Below, in pieces: positions 54,521 through 64,000 of a stretch of DNA of 64,000 bases (its first letter is position 1; each line of letters begins with the position of its first letter). Made by a program: the position numbers and the translations under genes. Under the pieces are notes generated by a model. It had not been told where the DNA came from, searched no databases, and worked only from the letters and a program-made list of their open reading frames with translations. Origin of the DNA: Macrostomum lignano (Eukaryota); NCBI GenBank assembly GCA_002269645.1, contig NIVC01001642.1, forward strand, positions 7,214 through 71,213. The letters are read 5' to 3'.

Positions 54521-56146
54521 TAGGGGTCGGCAAACTTTTTTTACGGTAATCACCGAGTAATCTATAGCTACAGGCCAGAGTTAAGTGAAATACAATGGTT
54601 TTTCTCGGGGTGGCCTGGTAGGTCTTTGAATCCCACCGCTGCCACCAGTGAAATACAATGGTTTTTCTCGGGGTGGCCTGGTAGGTCTTTGAATCCCACC
54701 GCTGCCACCAGTGAAGTACAGTGGGGTTTCTTCCCGGTTTAGGCCCCTGCGGATTACCTTAAGTCTCGAGCCTCTTCAGAGGGAAGTTCTCTCAAATCTC
54801 AGTAGCGTAGGTAATGCTGCCACCAGTTCCTTCAGGTCTCGGCCTTCGGTGAGGTGAGCTTCCCGTCGGAACGAAATAAACAAGTCAACGAACTCAGCAC
54901 AGCGTGCAGATTTGCAGATTAATGAACAAGGCGTCCTGATCAGCAGATCCCCGCCGGGCTCAGGGGTGACTGGGAAGGCAGTGTTAGCCTCCCTTAGGCT
55001 TGGGCTTTAGTGGGGTCTCAGTCAGACCAGTACAAACGGATTCAGTACGCAAAGGGCACTTAGTTAGACACTGACGCACACGGGATCTTAGTGAATTCTC
55101 CGCAGATAAGAAGCCAACTCCTTGACGGAAACAAGGGGAGAGGGGTCCTATTTATTAGCGGGAAACACCCACGCACAAGACCTCGTGACTTGTTCTATTT
55201 TTAGAACTGACGTCACTTGAGATCTCGAGGCAGGGTCTCAGTGCGCGCAAGACCTCGTGACTCGTTCTATTTTTAGAACTGACGTCACTTGAGGTCTCCG
55301 GCCAGAGTACACGCGGCTGTGACTCAGTTGCTATTTTTAGCAACATGAGTCACTCCTCTCCTTAGAGAAGGGAGGGGTCCGAAAGCACGTGATTCTCCCG
55401 GTAAACAGGGCCAACGAGTGCAGTAAACATGTTTACTGCACTTTAGGACTCGAAGAACGCAGAGTCTGTCATGTGACTTGCTCACATGACAGAGGAAAAC
55501 GGGACGGGAACGAAACAGAGACAGCCCACAGCAGAGAAGCTGAGGGCTGAGAACAGAGACGCCGAAGGGCAGAACAGGCCAAGGGCAGCAACAGACGGGC
55601 CAAGGGGGCGGGAAGCTGACCAGCGGCAGACAGCAACCCAGGGCGAGGGCGAGGGAGACTGCTGACAAAGTGGGACGCCTAACATCAACTAGCGGATCAC
55701 TACATAAGAGAGAGAAGATCAGGCTATGCAGAAAAAGAGAAGAGGGATAGCAAGGGAGCAAGGAGTGGAAAGGGAGTAAAGAACTGAGGAGAGACAAAAT
55801 TCGAAGATGAGAGACAAGAGGATCGATGAGAGAAGAGGAGAAGAGAGCTGGGAGAGAGGGAGATCGGAGCTGAGATGGGGGGATCGAGAAGAGATACGAG
55901 AGGATCGGGGATCGATAAAAAGAAGAGGAGTATAGAAGGGAGAGAAGATCAGAGAGAAAGAGGAGAGAGAAGATATTAGAGAGAAAAGCTGCAAAGACAC
56001 AAGCCTTCAGCTGGCCGCATTGCAATTGTGAAGTACATGTATATGAAGTTTCAAAACGACTAATACAGTATATATATAGGGCCGCGTGTAAAGATCGAAG
56101 CTAAGCGGGCCACCCGTGGCCCGCCGGCAGGATTTTGCCAACACTG
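54521..56146. mobile_element. hAT-like non-autonomous element with a probable nested non-coding repeat
   Basis: The left end TAGGGGTCGGCAAAC and right end GTGGCCCGCCGGCAGGATTTTGCCAACACTG resemble hAT termini. Inside are a 63-bp tandem duplication (54585-54716), hairpin repeats and a GA-rich tract. TSD not clear. Confidence 0.45.
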
Positions 56147-56584
56147 GTTACATAGTAACTTGAATTCGATGCACATGTAACTGCAGTACATGTACAATTA
56201 CTTGCATGACTTATAGCTGCAGGGGGTCCAGGCATCCGGATGCAGCGAGGAGGCATTGCTGTCCAGTTTGCTAATCCCAGGCGACATGCCTTAGTGAAAT
56301 TATTTGTTCAGTTTTTTAGTTTTACCTAGCAACTGCTATATTTTATAATTTCTGTTTAAGATTATGTACCTTTGTTTTTACTGTTTCGTATTGCGCAAAT
56401 TTAAAACGGTATTCTGTTTGTTAAAAATCGCCGCATGGCCATGGTTAGCCTGCTTTATGCATGCATAAAGGATATCTCCTGCTTTTACAGTCGCAGAACA
56501 AGTCTAGTAGATTCTTCTACTATAATACAATAGTTTAACACTAAGTTGATCTATTCTGCAGAATACTCATTTCAAGAATATGCC

Positions 56585-59500
56585 ATGATCTGCAATAACT
56601 CACAACGCAATGGGCTATTGTATGCTACTTTTAACCAAGATTTTGGTAAGACATAGGCCTACATACAGCCTGACCTAGTTTTGATTATATTTGTATTGCG
56701 TAATATTGTTAGGCTAGTATATAAATTTATATAAAGTTGCATTCATGTCATTGTCATTCTTAAAAATGATATTAGAGCTTGGTAGGAAGGTATATCATTT
56801 TTGGTATAGTTGTGAATTGGATTTTTTGGTAACAGGCTGGCCCATAGATGCCCAACACCTATCCAACCTGTCCGAACCAGATGGGTGAAATGGCTGCCAG
56901 CCAAGGCAAGTCACAAAATTGTAAATGCAAAAAATAAAAAATTGGGGGAAGAAAGAAAGAAGAAAAAAGGAGAGAGAGAGAAGAAAAGAGAAAAAAGCAG
57001 GAAAAGTCATACAAAGTAAAAATTAAGTTGCAATTAGCAGGAACTAAGTTGCAAATCTATACAAAACTATTAACTAAGTCACACTAGACTAGATAGGTGA
57101 AATTTTGAGGTTGGGCATATATGGGCTAGTCCTAAGTCTACTAATAAGGGCATATAAGGCTATGTTATTTAAATAACTTTGCTAAATAGGCATGCCCTAT
57201 TATATAAGCCTATGACACTAGTAAATTTGTGCACCATTGCACCAGCTCATATAGCATAGCTGTAATGGTATGCTGATGCTAAAGTTGTAAAAAATTACTT
57301 TTAACAATGTTTTTTAAAGTAACTTCCAGTTCCAAGATCTAAGGTAATTAACTTTTGGCACTTGTTCCAATACCAGTATTTACTATAAAAAGTAACTTCT
57401 ATTACTTCTATTACCAGTCCTAATTTTAAAGAACTGCCTATTAAAAAGTTCTCAAACATGTCTTTATGAAAAAAGTATATACTAGCCCTAGTCTGGAGTT
57501 AAACATGCTATTATTCTTCCATAAAGATGCTTTATAATATTTATTATTATTATCACATTCAAAATTTGAGTGAATAAATAAAACCTTTATAAAACAAGAA
57601 TTAGGCCTAGCCTTATTAGAAATTTAAAATAAATATAAAAAATCTGCAAACAGGTGACATAGGTCAAATTGTAGCTCAAAAGCATGACATGACATAGAAC
57701 ATAATAACTTTTGCACTGAATACAGGTGTAACACTAATTAGCTGATGAGGAATCTAGCCCTAATAAGACAATCATAGTTATTCTTGCTGTTTACCTAAAA
57801 ATTGCATTATGCTAGTACTGGGACACTATCTACCTTGACTTCAACTATAATGCAACACTAAAAAGTTCCAAAATTTCAACAGACAATCTAATGCTTTTGT
57901 CCACTTATTCCAATAAAGAGGATTAGTAGTATCTAATATATAAAGATGCTACACATGTGATTTATAGGAAGAAATTCAAAGACAAATTTTCAAATGTTTA
58001 TTTTGACTCTAAAGTTATAGAAAAACAAGGGCAGATTTAGAGGGACATAGGGGGAGGGGCAGCTGCCTTTTTTATCCCAAAATAGCTTGACAAAACATAT
58101 TGTGCCCCCAAAACCTACAAGGGGTAGTCAAAAAGTTCTTGGACTTTGCTTCATAAAACCAAAAGAAGTCTAGTCAATTTTAATTTTTAGAATTTTTCAA
58201 AGTAATCTCTAGTGTTCCGCCGCCGCGAGTTTTGACCTCTGTAACCGTAACCATAGCCGTAAGAAAGAAGCAACTTCCGTAGCCAAATTTTGCCGTCATT
58301 ACGGGCTAAAAAAGTCCGTAACCGTAATTTGCCGTAACCGTAGCCGTAATGTATAACAAAAATTGATATTTTTGCATGAAAAGTAGGGCAGACAGAAAAG
58401 GACAGATAAAAAGGATAAAAGGATAGCAATAAAACCTACTTGTTGTTCGTTCATGCATTAATATTCATTTATTTTTTCGTAAATATAATATCTTTATCGA
58501 AGTATTCTATAGCATTGCTGTATGCAATTGTGTGCTTGGTGCCTTTTTCAGTTTTCTGTGTCGTGATTCTGTTTTGTTTCGCTACAATATGAATATATGA
58601 CTGACGTGCCAAGGTCAATGTGTATGTTTAATATCATTAAATAAATATATGAATTTGTTCAAATAAAACTGCTTCAAAATTTCCGATGACTAAGAAATTG
58701 CATGTTACATTTTTCATTTTCATTTTATTGCATTGTCTATTGTATTGTCTTCTTTGGTTTCAATCAATTTTCAATCATAATTCATATTCTTATCCTATTA
58801 GTATTTATTTAGTATTTCCTTATTAATATTCTTTCATCCTTATCCTCATAATCTAAATCTAATATCCTATTTTTATGCTAAGGAGCTAAATGCTACATAT
58901 GGCTAAGAAATAAGAATGCCAGATTCTTAGTCTCTTGTAGGCTTTGACTGGCTCTCTCTGTCTCGCTGCTATCATGCTATTGCTATGCTATGCTATGCCG
59001 TATGCCTAATGAGAAAATTCGTGAAAAAATTCGTTTTTCATTTTCAAGAAGTTTCGTAGATATTTAGAAACTTAACAAATGTAAAAAATAATAATAACTA
59101 GTAAAACAAAATGAAAACTGGTTGAAGTTGATATAAAAAAATTCTTTTATAACACTAAACAGTTAAAAATAAATAATTTTTGTTACGGCTACCAATTACG
59201 GCAAGTCTAGAAAAATCTCCGTAATCCGTAACCGTAACCGTAAGCTCAAAATATGTCCGTAACCGTAATCCGTAATGAAAATACGGCTTCAAAAGTGTCG
59301 TAGCCATAATTTGCCGTAGCTGTAGCCGTAATTACGGCAAAACACTAGTAATCTCCATTAGCATTAATGCAGCAATCCTAGTGCTTTGGCAACTTCTTGA
59401 TCCTAGCTGCAAACCACTCTAGGTTGACCTCCAAACCACTTCTCAAGGTCACACCTTAGCTCCTTTTCCACCATGGAGGGCATCCTTCATCAAATTAAAG

Positions 59501-62500
59501 AGGTAGTAATTGCTAGGTGCCTGATCAGGGCTATATAGTGGATGTGGCAGAATTCACCAGTTTTTTCTGCATATTTCTACCAGTGTAGCTTGGGATGTGT
59601 GGGACTGCACATTGTCATATAGCAGAAAAATGCCAACATGCAGTTTCCTAGGTTGGCATTTGACTAGCTGCAACTATAAACCAGCCAGGGATGCCATATA
59701 GCACTTAGAGTTAAGGTCTGGCCTTTCTTTAGGTAGTCAATAAAGATGACTCCTTCACAGTCCTAGAAAATTGTTACCATTGTTTTAGTGATAGCTGGTA
59801 CTGCCTTGGCCTTGGTTGGGGAGGGCTCTCCAAGGGCCATCCAAACTTTGGAATGCTGTTTAGTTTCAAGGTTGTAGTGTGGTAACTAGGTTTTGTCAAT
59901 GGTAACAAAATTATAATAAATAATAATCTAGTAATAAGATCACCTCTCTTTTACCTTTTTATAATTGTATTATAAGTATTTTGGTAAAAGTTTTGCACTT
60001 TTGGAAAATATTAAGTGCTAAATTGGCTATTTTGGCACCTAAAGTTTCTTTTTCAAGTGCATGAAAACTGGAGTTATCAAAAAGTAACTTATACTTTAGG
60101 TTTAGGATCTTAAAACCAAAATGTAAAACCTTGGGTAACTTGGCTTGCTACTATTGTTGGCATTGCTACTACCTCTATAACCTTAAAAGAACTATCTTGT
60201 TTTTTAAAAAGCAGTTGAGACAAGGTTTTATAGCTTTCTTAGTGGTGTTGACCTAGGCACTGACCTAGAAACACAAGTACCACTTTTTTTCAAATTGGTT
60301 AATATTAGAAATCTTGAATTTCTTAAGTGGTGGCTCAATACTCTTGCAGTATGTCTTGTACAAATCTGCTTCTTTCTTCTTTTCCAGTGATACAATTTGG
60401 TTAGAAACTGTCAAAGAATACTTTAGAATTATAGTTTGGGCCTTTGGCCATTATTATTGGATGGTTCATTGTCCTCATCTTTTTCTTCATTATCTGCTTC
60501 ATTAGCATCACTATCTGTATAACAGTTCTTTAGAACACTTAGAATTTTAGTCAATAGATATCTCCTTGTCAAGATTCTCAAATGTAGCTTCAATATTATA
60601 AGTATCTTCAGAAAGGTATTCAATAGTTCATTCAGCAATTTTAATGGTAGCATAAGAGCCAAGCTTGACAATAACAGCATCATGAAATCCATTTTGATCT
60701 TTAAAGTTGGATTTTTAAATGCTCCTTAAATTCCATTTTTGTAGCCTTATCAATATGACTAAGAAAACAAGAATTTACACAAATAACTCCACTGTGTATA
60801 TTTGTCTTTGGGAACTATAAAATTACATGTTTTAAACTTAAGGTTGCAAACTTGTCAAGTTTAGTAGCTTGTTTTGAACAAGAAACTCTACTATCTCTTG
60901 TCCTATTGAAAGATTCTCAAAGTGAAAAAAAAATAAAGTAATGGAGGTTCAAATTTTTTTAAGTTTACATATGTAATAAAAATTACAAATATAATAAATA
61001 AATATGTATAAAGTCTAGTAAAAAATATAAATAGCTAAAATAGGGACTTTAGTAAGGGTCCTATGCAGTTATGGATCCAGAAAATTTTTGTGGGGAGGGA
61101 CAAGCTATGCTACTATATCAAGCACTATAACCCAATATTGGAAAATGGACCTTGCATTGTTGCAAGCCAAAAAATATGGCCCATTTTTACCTTGGCTGAA
61201 AAATGTGGGCCTGGCCCCTTTGCCCCCCCCCCCCCCCTGGATCCACTGGTCCTTTGACTTGCCAACATGCATAGAAAACAAAAGGGAAATTTGACTTAAA
61301 GGGTGGTGGCTCATGTATGGCAAATGAATTAACCTTATGTAACTCCACCTTATAAGCTTAAGTTCACATAATAGTCCCTAATTGTCCCCTTGCTTGTTAT
61401 CTCCTATTTCAGGTCCAATATCAGAGTGCATGGACATTTTTATAATTTTAACAAATATGCCATCTTTATAAGCAACTTAATCAGGATAAATATATGTACT
61501 TTTATTTACATAGCAGTTTTTATGGTACACTTTTTGTATACTAGAATTTTCACTTGAGCCATATATACACAAGAAAATGTAGTGCATTGAAAATCACAAA
61601 TCTTGAAATCTTAATGATGATTACAAATTTAACCAGGGAGCCTTATTAACTCTTTTCTGGCAATGAGCATTGTCATAGTTACACTGAGAAACTGCAAGTC
61701 TATGTTGAATTCAATTTATAAAGCAACTATGTGATAGAATAATCCTACAGAAATTGACCAAACACCATTGCCATTACTAGGCTGTTTCGCCTGCGGCATG
61801 TGCAACGGATTTCGTATTTACAACACCGAGCCGCTAAAAGAGAAAGAGCGCCAAGATTTCCCAGGGGAATCTGGCAGTGGCGGTGCAATGGGCGGCGTTC
61901 GTCTCATTGAGATGCTCTACAGGTGCAATTACGTTGGCCTGGCATTTTCTAACAATCCCAAATATCCGCCTAACAAGGCCGTCATCTGGGATGATGTGAA
62001 GAAAAAGTTTGTCATTGAAATGGAATTTGCTAGCGAAGTGCTGGCTATTAGACTAAGAAGGGAGAAGTGAGTGAATTTTTATGTACAGATTGATCCCATT
62101 TCTAAACCTACAGATTGATCCCATCTCTAAACCTACAGATTGATCCCATCTCTGAATCTACAGATTGATCCCATCTCTAAACCTACAGATTGATCCCATC
62201 TCTAAACCTACAGATTGATCCCATCTCTGAATCTACAGATTGATCCCATCTCTGAATCTACAGATTGATCCCATCTCTAAACCTACAGATTGATGATGGG
62301 TCTAAACCTACAGATTGATCCCATCTCTGAATCTACAGATTGATCCCATCTCTAAACCTACAGATTGATCCCATCTCTAAACCTACAGATTGATCCCATC
62401 TCTGAATCTACAGATTGATCCCATCTCTGAATCTACAGATTGATCCCATCTCTAAACCTACAGATTGATGATGGGTCTAAACCTACAGATTGATCCCATC

Positions 62501-64000
62501 TCTGAATCTACAGATTGATCCCATCTCTGAATCTACAGATTGATCCCATCTCTAAACCTACAGATTGATCCCATCTCTAAACCTACAGATTGATCCCATC
62601 TCTAAACCTACAGATTGATCCCATCTCTAAACCTACAGATTGATCCCATCTCTAAACCTACAGATTGATCCCATCTCTGAATCTACAGATTGATCCCATC
62701 TCTGAATCTACAGATTGATCCCATCTCTAAACCTACAGATTGATGATGGGTCTAAACCTACAGATTGATCCCATCTCTGAATCTACAGATTGATCCCATC
62801 TCTAAACCTACAGATTGATCCCATCTCTAAACCTACAGATTGATGATGGGTCTAAACCTACAGATTGATCCCATCTCTGAATCTACAGATTGATCCCATC
62901 TCTAAACCTACAGATTGATGATGGGTCTAAACCTACAGATTGATCCCATCTCTGAATCTACAGATTGATCCCATCTCTGAATCTACAGATTGATCCATCT
63001 CTAAACCTACAGATTGATCCCATCTCTAAACCTACAGATTGATCCCATCTCTAAACCTACAGATTGATCCCATCTCTGAATCTACAGATTGATCCCATCT
63101 CTAAACCTACAGATTGATGATGGGTCTAAACCTACAGATTGATCCCATCTCTGAATCTACAGATTGATCCCATCTCTGAATCTACAGATTGATCCCATCT
63201 CTAAACCTACAGATTGATGATGGGTCTAAACCTACAGATTGATCCCATTTCTGAATCTACAGATTGATCCCATCTCTAAACCTACAGATTGATCCCATCT
63301 CTAAACCTACAGATTGATCCCATCTCTAAACCTACAGATTGATCCCATCTCTGAATCTACAGATTGATCCCATCTCTAAACCTACAGATTGATCCCATCT
63401 CTAAACCTACAGATTGATCCCATCTCTAAACCTACAGATTGATCCCATCTCTAAACCTACAGATTGATCCCATCTCTAAACCTACAGATTGATCCCATCT
63501 CTAAACCTACAGATTGATCCCATCTCTGAATCTACAGATTGATCCATCTCTAAACCTACAGATTGATCCCATCTCTAAACCTACAGATTGATCCCATCTC
63601 TGAATCTACAGATTGATCCTATCTCTAAACCTACAGATTGATTCCATCTCTAAACCTACAGATTGATCCCATCTCTAAACCTACAGATTGATTCCATCTC
63701 TAAACCTACAGATTGATCCCATCTCTAAACCTACGATTGATCCCATCTAAACCTACAGATTATCTACAGAGTGATCCAATCTCACTATCTCTCACCCACA
63801 GGATCGTTATCGGTCTGCACACAGCCGTGAAAGTGTTCACATTCACCCAGCCGCCCAGCCTGTTACACGTGTTCGAATCGAGCCCGAATCCCCACGGTTT
63901 AATAGCACTGTGCCCCTCGTCTGACCGGCAACTATTAGCCTTCCCGGCACAGCAGTGGGTCGGTGGCCCTGCGCCGATCTGGGCCAGCCAGACCGACCAA
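56585..64000 (+). CDS. WDR45B: WD-repeat phosphoinositide-binding protein WIPI3/WDR45B (ATG18 family), coding exons 56585-56645, 61781-62066 and 63802 to window end
   Basis: MICNNSQRNGLLYATFNQDFG|CFACGMCNGFRIYNTEPLKEK...EMLYRCNY...YPPNKAVIWDD...IRLRREK|IVI...VKVFTFT...LHVFE...LLAFP. Intron phases 1 and 2 match. Confidence 0.93.
58118..59915 (-). mobile_element. Mariner fossil (3' TIR plus catalytic domain), interrupted by a hAT MITE
   Basis: TA then CAAGGGGTAGTCAAAAAGT terminus. Translation VTIDKT*, TIF*DCEG, LLYDNVQSH, HPLYSPDQAPSNYYLF, NGDY|FEK. Confidence 0.85.
58210..59347. mobile_element. hAT-family MITE, 1138 bp, with CCGTAA subterminal repeats
   Basis: TIRs TAGTGTT..GCCG; perfect 8-bp TSD GTAATCTC at 58202-58209 and 59348-59355. 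Confidence 0.92.
60250..60760 (-). mobile_element. Possible decayed hAT transposase fragment
   Basis: An NP.FKD segment reminiscent of LDPRFK, followed by broken acidic coding-like sequence; many stops. Confidence 0.3.
61066..61248. mobile_element. Short MITE-like insertion
   Basis: CAGTTATGGATCCAG...CTGGATCCACTG inverted ends with G/C runs. Confidence 0.45.
62083..63770. repeat. 25-bp tandem repeat (CAGATTGATCCCATCTCTAAACCTA), about 67 copies, filling WDR45B intron 2
   Basis: Head-to-tail units with three recurring variants. Confidence 0.97.

Noticed and set aside
55324-56025. Hydrophobic Leu/Ser-rich ORFs
   Set aside because: Reverse translation of a GA-rich tract; no domain signal.
58230-59340. 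CCGTAA runs as telomere-like repeats
   Set aside because: They are subterminal motifs of a hAT MITE bounded by TIRs and a TSD.
63945-64000. Apparent frameshifts in the last WDR45B exon (VGRVALADLGQPDRP is recoverable only with indels)
   Set aside because: Most likely low-quality sequence next to the array or contig end rather than recoding or pseudogenisation.

Overview
Eukaryotic (metazoan) genomic DNA with GT-AG introns, many minisatellites and transposon debris. The style resembles an invertebrate such as a free-living flatworm, but that is inference. Conserved genes sit at the edges: the 5' coding exons of an STK32/YANK kinase (minus, 243-1461) and the first three coding exons of WDR45B/WIPI3 (plus, 56585 to window end). 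A complete 9-exon HSPA12-like gene lies at 38900-44552. An F-box gene and its disrupted tandem paralog occupy 7-12.6 kb. An accessory island at about 16-35 kb holds the most interesting content: (i) four highly diverged small secreted proteins that share C-x5-[WY] after the signal peptide and an exactly spaced [LI]-x-[LI]-G-x17-G-G-x-C C-terminal motif; three of the four have an ATG-only first coding exon, and the fold may be a stand-alone C2-like sandwich; (ii) one intact non-classical calpain, possibly with a spliced-on signal peptide, and one calpain whose catalytic triad is altered; (iii) an animal ORF with a bacterial-type ParB/Srx DGxHR domain; (iv) a 2 kb long-TIR element carrying a USP-like fragment. 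Mobile elements include three RTE-like LINE copies (one with a twin-priming 5' inversion), a truncated CsRN1-type Gypsy element with one LTR and a candidate -1 frameshift signal, an intron-containing Ginger/GIN-like integrase, a tRNA-derived SINE with TSD, mariner fossils and a hAT MITE with a perfect 8-bp TSD. No CRISPR, rRNA or functional tRNA was found. All calls come from manual reading of the sequence; no database searches were run.
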